From a virus (taxonomy: Duplodnaviria > Caudoviricetes): a stretch of 64,000 bases of DNA. The notes under the pieces are model-generated. The model saw only the letters and a list, made by a program, of their open reading frames with translations, had not been told where the DNA came from and made no database searches. The stretch spans positions 1 to 64,000 of the IMG/VR virus record IMGVR_UViG_3300033121_001564. One strand, written 5' to 3'. The position numbers were made by a program, and so were the translations under genes. Positions within the stretch are counted from its first letter, which is position 1. Each line of letters opens with the position of its first letter. This document shows, in pieces, positions 18,406 to 27,640 of this stretch.

Positions 18406-19809
18406 ATGTCCATCTTTCGCGTCACCACCACGAGGCACGTCCTCGACGGCAGGCGAGTGCCAGCCGAAACTCCGGGCGCACAAAAGGTCGTGTCCAGGTC
18501 GAAGAAGTGGTACGGGTACGTCGGCAAATCCAAGGTGCCCCTGCACGCCAACCGAGCGGTGGCAATGAAGATGCTCGTGGACCTGCGGCAGAGCGGGGAC
18601 CCGGATTCGCCCGCTCGGCGGCGGCGGGAGGAGGCGCGACCCCTCGAGAGTGCCGGGGACGAGGAGGGGCATCTGGAGCTGTTCCGCCAGCACATCGCCA
18701 GTTCCCGGAAGGGCAAGGGCGGCAGGCCGGTATCCACCAGGTATGTCCTGTGCGTGCTGTCCCGCGTCCGCCTGGGGCTTGCCGGATGCCGGATGCCCAG
18801 GGACATCGACCGGGGCGAGACCGAGAGACGACTGGCGGGGTTGCTGGCCGACCGGGAGCCCGTCCCCGTCCCGAACCAGCCCACGTTCCGCCTGGGGGAA
18901 ATCTGCGAACTGTTCGGCATCACCAAGGACACGGCAATGGTCGCGGTGCAGACCTACGGGCTGCCATTCACCGGCAGCCCGGGGCACCGGAAGTACGGCC
19001 GCGAGGGGGTTATCGCTCTCGCCTCGATCCGCGCCCGCGGGCTGGCCCCGTCCTACGTCGCGACGGTCGCGTGGCAGGTGCGACGGTTCTCCCGATGGCT
19101 GACGAAACGGTGTCGCTGGCCCCAGGACCCGCTCGACGGGCTCGAGGTGTCCTGCCCGGCGGGTGTCGGCAGGAGGCACGAACGCCGACCCCTGACCGGG
19201 GCGGAGATATCCCTCCTCCTCGACGTCGTGCCCAGCAGTCGGAGGTTGTTCCGGGGACTGTCGGGGCGGGACCGGTGGGCCATCTACCTGACGGCGCTGT
19301 CCACGGGATTCCGTCGGGAAGAGTTGTCCGGACTCACCCCCTCCCGGTTCGACCTCGATGCCGACCCGCCCTCCATCTACCTCTCGGACGCGGAGAGCAA
19401 GAACGGCAGGGGGGCGCCCCAGCCGGTCCCCCGGGCCAGCGCCGACGCGCTGGCCGACTACCTCCACGGGCGGGATCCCCGCTGCCTCGTCTGGCCGGGG
19501 ACGTGGTGGCACGACGCCGCCGAGATGCTGCGCCGGGACCTGCGCGAGGCGGGGATCGCGTACGCCAGGGAGGGACCGGAGGGGCTCCTGTGGGCGGACT
19601 TCCACGCCCTGCGGCACACGTTCGTCGCGCTCCTGGACCGGGCCGGTGTCACCCTGAAGCAGGCGATGCAGTTGGCACGGCACTCGACCCCGGGGTTGAC
19701 GTTGCGCGTGTACGGACGGGCGCAGGTGCGGGAACTGGGCGACGCCGTGGGCAGGGTGCGGTTGCCCACATGGTTGCCCACGGAACCTGTGAAAGACGAG
19801 GAAAAGTGA
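18406..19809 (+). CDS. int: Tyrosine recombinase/integrase
   Basis: TGFRREEL (R), SKNG (K), FHALRHT (HxxR), ARHS (H), RVYG (Y); AGGAGG RBS. Confidence 0.95.
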   Translation: MSIFRVTTTRHVLDGRRVPAETPGAQKVVSRSKKWYGYVGKSKVPLHANRAVAMKMLVDLRQSGDPDSPARRRREEARPLESAGDEEGHLELFRQHIASSRKGKGGRPVSTRYVLCVLSRVRLGLAGCRMPRDIDRGETERRLAGLLADREPVPVPNQPTFRLGEICELFGITKDTAMVAVQTYGLPFTGSPGHRKYGREGVIALASIRARGLAPSYVATVAWQVRRFSRWLTKRCRWPQDPLDGLEVSCPAGVGRRHERRPLTGAEISLLLDVVPSSRRLFRGLSGRDRWAIYLTALSTGFRREELSGLTPSRFDLDADPPSIYLSDAESKNGRGAPQPVPRASADALADYLHGRDPRCLVWPGTWWHDAAEMLRRDLREAGIAYAREGPEGLLWADFHALRHTFVALLDRAGVTLKQAMQLARHSTPGLTLRVYGRAQVRELGDAVGRVRLPTWLPTEPVKDEEK

Positions 19810-20056
19810 TGAAACCATGCCTTACTCGAGTAAAAGATGCCAGATGATAGTAAACGCTGTAAGTGCCGATTTCCCAGGAAAATGCGACGTTGTCAGGGGT
19901 CCGGAGACCCAAGGTGTTGCGGGGCAGGTAGATGTGTCGGGGTGGCGTGCCGGTGCCGGACTGCGTACATCCATGAGGAGGTACATAACCCGCAAGTCTT
20001 TTTCTGGAAGCGACTTGCGGGTTATGAAATTCGTGGTTGCCCACCGGGTTGCCCAC
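19760..20056. other. attP-like region with paired arm-type direct repeats
   Basis: GGTTGCCCAC at 19760, 19772, 20035 and 20047; 15-bp inverted repeat CATAACCCGCAAGTC at 19984-20026. Confidence 0.65.
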
Positions 20057-20093
20057 AGGGTTCCAGTCTTCGCCACTGGCACTCATTTGCCCC

Positions 20094-20121
20094 TTGACTG
20101 TGTACACAGGTTCAGTATACT
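20094..20121 (+). promoter_or_regulatory. Sigma70-type promoter with palindrome
   Basis: TTGACT-16 bp-TATACT overlapping palindrome CTGTGTACACAG. Confidence 0.55.
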
Positions 20122-20185
20122 CGTGTATCACCACGAGCGCCCGCACCCCACCATCCCAGCCAGTGCGGGCCGGGAGGTTTTTGCA

Positions 20186-20596
20186 ATGAGTCTCGCGCGA
20201 TACCCGACACTGAGGGGCCTGCTCGACGATCTGTCGAGCCTGGCAGCCGGGGAGGCGGTACGATCCCGGGTCCGGGAGGTCGCCCGCCGTGACGCGGACG
20301 CGGACGCGAACGCCGTCTGGGTTCCCTGGCTTGGCAGGCGGTACTGGTGTTCTCCGCCGCAACAGGCGGTTGTCCGGGAACTGATCGACGCGCACATCAA
20401 CAGCGCCAGTCCCGACGTGGACGAGCGAGTGCTGCTCCGCCGGTCCGGGGTCGGTGGTGGAAGACTGGCGGACATGTTCCGCGGACACCCGGCATGGGGG
20501 GAACTGATCCTGCCTGGAGAAAGAGCTGCAACGTTCCGGATCAACCCGCCGCCCGAGGAGGGGATGGAGGAGGTGCGGGTCGAGCCTGAAGGGTGA
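20186..20596 (+). CDS. Hypothetical protein, OmpR-like winged-helix C-terminus
   Basis: WLGRRYWCSPPQQAVVRELI...RLADMFRGHPAWGELI; GGAGG RBS. Confidence 0.6.
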   Translation: MSLARYPTLRGLLDDLSSLAAGEAVRSRVREVARRDADADANAVWVPWLGRRYWCSPPQQAVVRELIDAHINSASPDVDERVLLRRSGVGGGRLADMFRGHPAWGELILPGERAATFRINPPPEEGMEEVRVEPEG

Positions 20597-20620
20597 GCGG
20601 ACCAACGGGACTTGGACGGA

Positions 20621-20648
20621 AAAGAGCCGGCGATCGCCGGCTCTTTGT
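20621..20648. terminator. Bidirectional intrinsic terminator
   Basis: AAAGAGCCGGCG-AT-CGCCGGCTCTTT. Confidence 0.65.
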
Positions 20649-20795
20649 GTTCTCGGCCTCCGCAAAGGTGACTGGCGGGTCCGTTAAGAAGATAGGAAGT
20701 GTAATAAATTCCTCAATAGCCGATTGCCGAAGATGGGGAAGTGGCGATGTGTCTGTCGTGTGGCAACCGCGACCACGACCCAATTGGAGTTTGGT

Positions 20796-21105
20796 ATGCC
20801 GAACGAGGTGATCGAGAAGCTGGCGGCTCACCCCCTGGTCTACGGCAACGAGAGGTGTGTCACGTTCCAGAACATCGACGAGATGCACGAGCGGCCGACG
20901 GGGACTGCGAAGAACGCCTTCCATCGCAACCGCGACCGCATGACGGATGGGAAGCATTACTACTCCATGCCGCTCAAGGACTTCCGGGAATTGAGTACGC
21001 CAAACGTACCCAATTCGACGGGCCGCGGAAACCCGAACCAGCCCGTCTTCCTCCTCACCGAGAAGGGCTACTGCCTCATCGCCAAGGTGTTCGACGATGC
21101 CCTGG
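20796..21105 (+). pseudogene. ORF6N-domain antirepressor, N-terminal part, interrupted
   Basis: VTFQNIDEMHERPTGTAKNAFHRNRDR...LLTEKGYCLIAKVFDDAL, then sequence switches to antisense kinase DNA. Confidence 0.8.
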
Positions 21106-21521
21106 GCGTGGGCCGCCTGGAGCACCTCGCACAGCTGACCCAGGAGTCGGCCGGTCCGTTCGGCGGTGAAGCGACCTTCCCGGAGGATCATGGCGTTGAG
21201 ATCGATGCCGCGCAGGTACTCCATCACCAGCATGGGCCCGTGGGGCCCCCTGGTCGCGGAGTCGAACACCGCGACCGAGAAGGGGTGATGGAAGCGCGAC
21301 ATGATGTAGATTTCACGGCGAAAATGCTCGACGGGCTTGGCCTGGCCCCGGAGGGGCTCCTTGAGCACCTTCACGACCACATCCCGGGCGGGGTCCACCT
21401 GGCGTGCCAGGTAGATCTTGCTCATGCCGCCCTCGTCGAGCAGGCGTGTTACCCTGAACTTCCCCAGGATCTGCTCGCCCAACATGGTCGTGGCCCCAGC
21501 CTCGATCTCATCCGCCACCAC
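21093..21521 (-). pseudogene. Host-type Hanks Ser/Thr kinase, truncated just before HRDLKP
   Basis: LLDEGGMSKIYLA, VVVKVL, FRRE, LVMEYLRG, LQAAHAQGIV, then breaks off. Confidence 0.9.
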
Positions 21522-21733
21522 AACGATCGGTACTCCACTCTAGAGTGCAATTGGGCAATGTGCCAGTCGCTGCGCACGGGTTTTCCCACTACAATCGTCC
21601 CGACGCTACCGAACTGCCACCTGAAAACACGCTTTCCCGGCCCTCCCGGTATCTTCGGCTTGCGCCTCGCGTCCTGGAAAGTTAGAATGCCTGCCAGGAT
21701 TCCCCCAACCGTCCTGCCAGGTGTCCGGCGAAC

Positions 21734-22546
21734 ATGAATCAGATCCTGACTGGTGATTGCCTCGAACTCCTTGCGGATCTCGAACCCGGCTCCATCGACC
21801 TGGCCTTTGCCGATCCGCCCTTCAACATCGGCTACGAGTACGACGTCTACGACGACCGCCGGTCGAAGAAGCATTACCTGAACTGGACCGAACGTTGGCT
21901 CGAGGCCGTCCGGCGCGTCCTGTCGCCGAGAGGCTCGTTCTACGTGGCCATCGGCGACGAATACGCTGCCGAGATCAAGGTTCGCCTCGACGGCCTGGGG
22001 TTGACCATGCGGAACTGGATCATCTGGCACTACACCTTCGGCGTCCACTGCTCGCGTAAGTTCAACCGTAGCCACGCCCACATCTTCTATTACGTCGTCG
22101 ATCCGAAGCGTTTCACGTTCAACGCCGACACCGTGCGCGTGCCTTCCGCCCGGCAGACGACCTACGCTGACCGTCGCGCCAACCCCACGGGCAAGATGCC
22201 GGACGACACCTGGGTGCTTCGCCCACAGGAGGACGATCGCGTCTTCGTCCCCGACAGTGATACCTGGTATGTCCCTCGCGTCTGTGGCACCTTCAAGGAA
22301 CGCACGGGCCACCCCTGCCAGATGCCCGAGGCAGTCCTCGAGCGCATCCTCCGCGTCTCGTCGAACCCTGGCGACCTCGTCCTCGATCCCTTCGCCGGCA
22401 GCGGCACCACGCTCGCCACCGCGAAACGCCTGGGCCGAAGGTATCTGGGATTCGAACTCTCGGCCGAATACGCAGAGGGAGTGCGGCGCCGGCTGGACGA
22501 GGTGGAGCCGGAGTGTGTCGCATGTTCCCCCTGCTCCTCGACCTGA
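21734..22546 (+). CDS. Site-specific DNA methyltransferase (N4/N6, beta-class motif order)
   Basis: [28 protein letters not shown]. Confidence 0.95.
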   Translation: MNQILTGDCLELLADLEPGSIDLAFADPPFNIGYEYDVYDDRRSKKHYLNWTERWLEAVRRVLSPRGSFYVAIGDEYAAEIKVRLDGLGLTMRNWIIWHYTFGVHCSRKFNRSHAHIFYYVVDPKRFTFNADTVRVPSARQTTYADRRANPTGKMPDDTWVLRPQEDDRVFVPDSDTWYVPRVCGTFKERTGHPCQMPEAVLERILRVSSNPGDLVLDPFAGSGTTLATAKRLGRRYLGFELSAEYAEGVRRRLDEVEPECVACSPCSST

Positions 22547-22653
22547 CCGATCGCCTGGTGCTGGTGGTGGGGGGCGGCCCCGTCGCCCGCCGCAAGGCCC
22601 AGGCCGTCCGCGCCTCGGGGGGGAAGGTGCGCCTGGTGTGCCTGGAGGCGCCC
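22522..22653 (+). pseudogene. cysG: N-terminal fragment of precorrin-2 dehydrogenase/siroheme synthase
   Basis: [29 protein letters not shown], breaks off after ~44 codons. Confidence 0.85.
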
Positions 22654-23320
22654 GTGCGAGGTGTTGGGGCTGGCGCCCAACAGTCAGATCGAGAAGTTGA
22701 AGGGTAAGCCGTGGTCGTGCGATATGATGATCATATCGCACGACAACTCCGGACGTGAACAGGAGTTGTGGTCACTACACCTCGACTGCGTGCCCATGTG
22801 GCTCGCCACCATCAACGCGACCAAGGTCAAGAAGGAGTACCGCCCCAAGCTCGAACTGTACCAGAAGGAGGCGGCAAAGACGCTGGCTGACTGGTTCTTC
22901 GGCCGCAAGAGGGAGGAACCCGCCGCCCCCAGGAACCAGTTCCAGGCGATCCGCCTGATGCTGGACCAACTGGAGGCACAGGACGCACGCCTCGCCTCGG
23001 TGGAGGGGCAGGTGGCGACGCTGGTCGAGACGAGGGACCGGGCGACGGCCGCGCTCGGGACCGTGGAGAGGTCCGTGTCCGCCGCGCCCGAGCTGACCGT
23101 CCGCGACAAGGTCAACCAACTGCTCCGCGCCTTCTGCAACGCCACCGGGGCCGACCACCAGGAGACCTGGAGGAGGCTCTATCGCGAACTGTTCTACCGG
23201 TGCGACTTCAACGCCCAGGTCCGTGCCAGGAACAACGGCAGAAAGGCTATCGACGAGGTGGAGTCCGCGGGACTGCTCCCGGAGTTGTTCGCGATCGCCA
23301 GCGAGGTGCTGGTGTTCTGA
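22654..23320 (+). pseudogene. P22 Ant N-terminal-domain-type antirepressor, 5'-truncated
   Basis: [16 protein letters not shown]...VPMWLATINATKVKKEYRPKLELYQKEAAKTLADWF; could still be translated from GTG 22661. Confidence 0.75.
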
Positions 23321-23346
23321 CGGGAATGATAGGTGGGGACGTGAAA

Positions 23347-23366
23347 GAGCCGGCAAGTGCCGGCTC
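23347..23366. terminator. Hairpin between convergent genes
   Basis: GAGCCGGCA-AG-TGCCGGCTC. Confidence 0.55.
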
Positions 23367-23386
23367 GTTGTGTTCTTCTGCTGTGG

Positions 23387-23614
23387 CTATTTCTCGTTTG
23401 CTAACCCTAACTCTTTCAGCACGCTCGGCAGTTCCCGCTCGACTATCGGACGGAGCCGATTGTTTACCCAATCAGGAATGCTCAAGTCGAGAGCACCGGC
23501 AATAACCGCAACCTTGCGAGCAATGTCCGGATCCAGCAGCACCTGATACCGCTTTGCACGTTTAGCGTCTGGCGACACCTCCGTCCCTGGCACTGTCGTC
23601 CTTTTCTTTCCCAT
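23387..23614 (-). CDS. Ribbon-helix-helix repressor-like protein
   Basis: YQVLLDPDIARKVAVIAGALDLSIPDWVNNRLR; divergent from the early operon. Confidence 0.65.
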   Translation of the reverse strand: MGKKRTTVPGTEVSPDAKRAKRYQVLLDPDIARKVAVIAGALDLSIPDWVNNRLRPIVERELPSVLKELGLANEK

Positions 23615-23745
23615 GTCCACTCCATGCAGAAAGTTGCAAATCAACGTTGCTGCGTTCCAGCCTATCCAAGTATCAGCATGCATGCCAGCGAAAGGCGACG
23701 GCGGTAGTAACAATGCTCTGATTGTCTGTTTTTCTCAAAGCCAGC

Positions 23746-23774
23746 TTGACAGTTTTTTAAATTGGCTGTAACAT
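23746..23774 (+). promoter_or_regulatory. Rightward early promoter
   Basis: TTGACA-17 bp-TAACAT in an AT-rich intergenic region. Confidence 0.7.
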
Positions 23775-23885
23775 GCCCAACGTAATGCAAATCGACGCCA
23801 ACTGAAGGGATTCAGCGAAAGGGCACAACAACTTCCTAGACCCTACAGGCAGCGTCGCCTGCATGACACCAGAAGAGAGGCAGCG

Positions 23886-24128
23886 ATGGCACCAGAACCC
23901 AACACCACCACCCTGGTCGATGACCACCTGACCGCAGCCGAAACGGCGGCGCTCCTGAAGTGGTCACGGTCGGCTCTCGACAACCGGGTGGCACTCGGAC
24001 AGGCACCCGGTCCCGTCATCAAGTTGAACTCTCGGTTCCAGCGGTGGAGCCGATCGGAACTCCAGGCGTGGGTGGCAGCCGGAATGCCCCCCATGAAGGA
24101 ATGGCGAGCGACCCAGAAGAAGCGCTGA
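23886..24128 (+). CDS. AlpA/excisionase-like HTH protein
   Basis: LTAAETAALLKWSRSALDNRVALGQAPGPVIKL...RWSRSELQAWV. Confidence 0.85.
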   Translation: MAPEPNTTTLVDDHLTAAETAALLKWSRSALDNRVALGQAPGPVIKLNSRFQRWSRSELQAWVAAGMPPMKEWRATQKKR

Positions 24129-24138
24129 GAGACAAACC

Positions 24139-24486
24139 ATGTCCACCACCCTTGACCGAGGCTACCGCTGGGTTTCGGATCCCGACGTCACGCTGCCCTA
24201 CGGCGTGCCGGCACTGCTCCGCGTGACCGTCTGCGGCCACGCCAGCTACTTCTACGTCGCGGACGCGGGCGACGGCGCCTACCGCATGACGGAGGAGTTG
24301 CCGGGCGGGAGACTTGCCCACTCGGTCGAGGTAGATACGACGTTCGGGCCGGACGTCGAGCACTGGGAGTGTTCGTGCAGGCACTACCGGGCGCGGAACC
24401 CCAGGGGGGTCACGCACGGCTGCCTGCACACGAGGGTGCTGCACGCGGCACTCGGGAAGCGAGGGGCCTGCCCGGTGGCTTCGTAA
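24139..24486 (+). CDS. SWIM zinc-finger protein
   Basis: WECSCRHY...GCLH. Confidence 0.7.
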   Translation: MSTTLDRGYRWVSDPDVTLPYGVPALLRVTVCGHASYFYVADAGDGAYRMTEELPGGRLAHSVEVDTTFGPDVEHWECSCRHYRARNPRGVTHGCLHTRVLHAALGKRGACPVAS

Positions 24487-24550
24487 TCGGGACGGAACCG
24501 AGGGTTGGGACGCAGTCTGCCCAGCGGGCGGATGCGTAAGGAGTACGCAC

Positions 24551-24769
24551 ATGACCTGTCACGACTGCCAATCCCCAGTGCTCCCCGGCGAGCACTGGGG
24601 AAGCCGATACCCGCTCTGCGCACCGTGCGCGGAGACACTGGAGCGAGACGCGGACTACCGACAATTCGTCGCCTGGCTGGAGGACCCAGATGGATCACCG
24701 GAGATACAAGTCTCGTCACGGACAGGAGACTCAGGCCATCCAGATGCGCAAGCTCCCGGTCGCGGATGA
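24551..24769 (+). CDS. Small zinc-finger protein
   Basis: CHDC...CAPC; AAGGAG RBS. Confidence 0.5.
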   Translation: MTCHDCQSPVLPGEHWGSRYPLCAPCAETLERDADYRQFVAWLEDPDGSPEIQVSSRTGDSGHPDAQAPGRG

Positions 24770-24959
24770 GCACGATCTCCTCCCCAAGGATCATGACGAG
24801 CAGGAGCGAGCCAGGCGGGTCGAGGTTTACGCCCGACACATGGAGGTCTACGGGCAGATCCGCTACGACCTCCTGGGGCCGGGCAAGGATCAGCCCGCAC
24901 CGGACACGAGACGACTATTCCGTCTCGACGGGGACATCGTAGAGGAGGGCGAAGAATGA
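24744..24959 (+). CDS. Hypothetical phage protein
   Basis: Operon packing. Confidence 0.45.
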   Translation: MRKLPVADEHDLLPKDHDEQERARRVEVYARHMEVYGQIRYDLLGPGKDQPAPDTRRLFRLDGDIVEEGEE

Positions 24960-25084
24960 ACCTTCCCGACAATCTGGCGCCGGCAATGGGCTGGTGCCTC
25001 GTGGGGGGAATACTGACCCTCCTGTTGCTCCTGACCTGGTGGCTGGGCACGGACGACGACTTCGAGGACCTGGACGACGACTGA
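24956..25084 (+). CDS. Small single-pass membrane protein
   Basis: MNLPDNLAPAMGWCLVGGILTLLLLLTWWLGTDDDFEDLDDD; ATGA overlap. Confidence 0.55.
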   Translation: MNLPDNLAPAMGWCLVGGILTLLLLLTWWLGTDDDFEDLDDD

Positions 25085-25896
25085 GCCACACCCGCCGCCG
25101 TGCGGCGAGAGAGAGCCTCGAATCTCCCTCTCTCTCGACCCGAAGGGACACACGGCGGCGGGTTGTTCTGGAGGAGAGGCGACCCCCGGACCAGCTCACT
25201 CGTGAGCAAGTGTCGGGCCGGCGACGGTGCGGGGGATACCGGGACCGAGGACAAAGGGGACAACCATGTTACGCGAGGCCAGCGGGGGCCTGTATCCAAC
25301 CCCGAGTTGACGACTGAATTTCCCTGGACACCCCCGACACCTGGGGGCCCTGAAAAGTGGTGCGACACCCCGGAGAGTACGGGGAACGGCGGGCATGGGA
25401 GCCTCGGAGAGCGAGGCGCGGGGACTCGGGTTTTGTTTTCACAAGTCGGACGAAAACCCGCCCCCGTGCGAGGGTTCGATTCCCTCCCCCGCCAATCGCA
25501 CCCGGCGTGCGCCCTGGGGTGAGTCGCGACGGCTCGTTGTCGCTGCGGCGGTTGTGCGCACGTCGGGTGTGGAGACACGAGGAAGCACAGGACGCGAGGA
25601 GTTGACCTGGCCCAGGGACGGGCCGACCGCTCAGGACGAGCGGCACTGAGACTCGTCGGGGAACGGGGGGCAAGACGCCCAGCAACACCGTGAGCCAGGG
25701 ATGGCTCACCCCGACAGTATCGTCCGCTGTGGGCACACGACCGGCTTACCGGGACGGTCGCGAGGGCTTACCGTCGGCTTCGTGGGGCAGAAGGGAGCCT
25801 CACGGGGAGTCCCCGACGGCCGCAGTTCGACTCTGCGGCGGCGGATTGGGCACGAATCAGGGCTGGCCCCTACGGGGGTCCACGGGGAGGGTGCGC
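25085..25896 (+). ncRNA. Long structured, probably non-coding region containing a tRNA-like element
   Basis: 12-bp stem 25091-25102/25151-25162; T-arm GAGGG-TTCGATT-CCCTC followed by CCCCGCCA (25470-25494); no convincing ORF. Confidence 0.45.
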
Positions 25897-26280
25897 ATGT
25901 ACGTCCACCATGTGAGGGAGATGCGGGAGGAACTGGGCAGGCTCCACGAAAACGAGGCCCGCCGTGCCGAGCGGGACGCACGACGGCATCCCGATCGGTT
26001 GGCCTGGGTGATCGCCACGCTCGAGGCGTACCAGCGGGAGCTGCGCGAGGATCTCCTTCAGTCGGAGGGGACCTACACCCGGGCGGAGTTGGAGGCTACG
26101 GGTCGAGCGATCGCCCTGCTGACACACCAGCGGACGGTGCTGCTGGCGGCGATCGAGTTGATGATCGGCGGGGCACTGTCGTCCGCGGCCGGAGTGCTGG
26201 CTGCGGACTATCCGCACGGGCTGGCCGTCGTGGATGCGCTGGAGACGGGGAAACTCGCCGAACTTCTGGAGGTGATGTGA
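25897..26280 (+). CDS. Hypothetical phage protein
   Basis: GGAGG RBS; helical sequence. Confidence 0.6.
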   Translation: MYVHHVREMREELGRLHENEARRAERDARRHPDRLAWVIATLEAYQRELREDLLQSEGTYTRAELEATGRAIALLTHQRTVLLAAIELMIGGALSSAAGVLAADYPHGLAVVDALETGKLAELLEVM

Positions 26281-26459
26281 TGCAACACGGATTCTTCTAC
26301 GGATCGCTGGCATGGTGCGCGATCTGGGGACTGGTGATGGTCTGGCTGGCGTGGTCGAGCCCAGAGTGGCGGTGGTCGTACCTGGGATGTGCCCTGGCAC
26401 ACCTGACGTGCGCCCGGGTGATCTGGGTGTCGCGTCCGGAAGGGCAGGGCGTGGAGTAA
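26280..26459 (+). CDS. Small membrane protein
   Basis: Two hydrophobic segments; TGATG coupling. Confidence 0.5.
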   Translation: MQHGFFYGSLAWCAIWGLVMVWLAWSSPEWRWSYLGCALAHLTCARVIWVSRPEGQGVE

Positions 26460-26746
26460 TGATTGGGATGGTGCATGAATATGGTCCCGGGAGGTGTGTC
26501 GGTTGCGGCAGTTTCATCAGCGGCGGGACGAGGTGCTATTCCTGCCTGGTTCGACAGAAAGCTCCGCCCGCCCCGGACATGCCCAGCGACACCGCAAGCG
26601 AGGCCCGCACCAACATCCGCACGCTCCTGGCGGGCGGGTGCCTGATCGGCATGCTCGCGTCGGGGCGGGGCAAGGCGCCGTACACCGACCAGCTCGACGA
26701 GTGCGTCGCGCTGGCGGATCGGTTGATGGAGCGAATGGGGTTGTGA
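26459..26746 (+). CDS. Small zinc-finger protein
   Basis: CVGCG...CYSC; TAATG coupling. Confidence 0.55.
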   Translation: MIGMVHEYGPGRCVGCGSFISGGTRCYSCLVRQKAPPAPDMPSDTASEARTNIRTLLAGGCLIGMLASGRGKAPYTDQLDECVALADRLMERMGL

Positions 26747-26904
26747 GTCACCGTCACCAGTCCCAGCCGGGGCGGTGAGGTCGGCGGCGGGGTGTGAGGG
26801 CGCACACGCGGGCGGCAGCGACCTCCGCACGCGGGGAGCCGGTTCGATGCCAGTGGCCGTCGGGTGGGGCATGGTGCCCCTTGCTGGATAGTAGAGGACA
26901 TGAA

Positions 26905-27435
26905 ATGGAAGCGAACAACGAGGAACTCGACGCGATGGAGGTGCTCAACCGTGCAGCCCTGCGTGTCGTCCGCCTGCGACGACAGGCGAGCCACCCCGGT
27001 GTGACCCGCCAGGCGCGCCGCCCGTGCGAGGTCAGTAACGGCAACAGCAACGGTAACGGCAAACACCAGCCAAGCCCGGAGGCGGGCGAGCCGAGATCGC
27101 TGGAACTGTACGCCCAACTCGACCAGACGGGCGGCGTCAGCAACAGCGATCGGTTCAACCGGTTCACCGAGCGGCTGGTCGGCGACATCCTTCGCGGATC
27201 GATCGACCCCAAGGCCGCGAACGCGGTGGCCCGCCAGAACAGCAACACCATCGCCATGACGCGGTTGGCGATCTCCAAGGGAACGCCCGACGGTAGCGGG
27301 CACCGTGTGCTCGACCTGTACCGCGAACAGGTCCAGCGGTGCCAGGACCGGGCGCACGCGCTGAGCGAGCAGGAAGAGGCCGATATCCTGGTCCGCCAGA
27401 TGCTGGAGTCCGCTGCGGTACTCAGCAAACCCTAG
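26905..27435 (+). CDS. Hypothetical protein directly upstream of the tracr/CRISPR locus
   Basis: GAGG RBS; 176 aa. Confidence 0.6.
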   Translation: MEANNEELDAMEVLNRAALRVVRLRRQASHPGVTRQARRPCEVSNGNSNGNGKHQPSPEAGEPRSLELYAQLDQTGGVSNSDRFNRFTERLVGDILRGSIDPKAANAVARQNSNTIAMTRLAISKGTPDGSGHRVLDLYREQVQRCQDRAHALSEQEEADILVRQMLESAAVLSKP

Positions 27436-27446
27436 GCCGACAGCCA

Positions 27447-27640
27447 CCCGCGGGATGGTTCAGGTCCATCCCGCGGGGAATCGAAACACACGACGCGACG
27501 ATTCACCCACCGCGCAGGGTGAGCGCGAGGCGGCCCCCTCTCGACGAGGATGGCTCTCGCGGAAATCGGCAAAGAGCAGCCCCGGGCATGGGAAGACCGC
27601 CGACCGGGGAGTGCAAGATTTGATTCCTTCTGCGAAATGA
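27447..27640 (+). ncRNA. Putative tracrRNA with bipartite anti-repeat
   Basis: AGTGCAAG (27610-27617) pairs with repeat CTTGCACT; TTCCTTCTGCGA (27624-27635) pairs with repeat TCGCAGGGGGAG using 3 G-U pairs; several upstream hairpins. Confidence 0.75.

Noticed and set aside
20541-21737. Full-length kinase (326 aa) or 337-aa antirepressor as listed in the ORF track
   Set aside because: Both are chimeras reading through the junction at ~21100; the kinase lacks HRD and DFG
21737-21756. Sequence after repeat 6 (ATCCTGACTGCTGA) and after repeat 8 (AATCAGATACTG) match the methyltransferase start 13/14 and 11/12
   Set aside because: Short, found post hoc, no shared PAM, and part of the first match is repeat-7 sequence; not accepted as self-targeting without a proper search
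23741-23768. Spacer 4 reverse complement shares GCTTGACAG and TTGGCT with the phage rightward promoter
   Set aside because: The middle is unrelated; similarity is explained by promoter consensus
25388-25494. Canonical tRNA or tmRNA gene
   Set aside because: T-arm and acceptor-like stem are present, but there is no normal D/anticodon arm and no tmRNA tag or ends; kept only as tRNA-like
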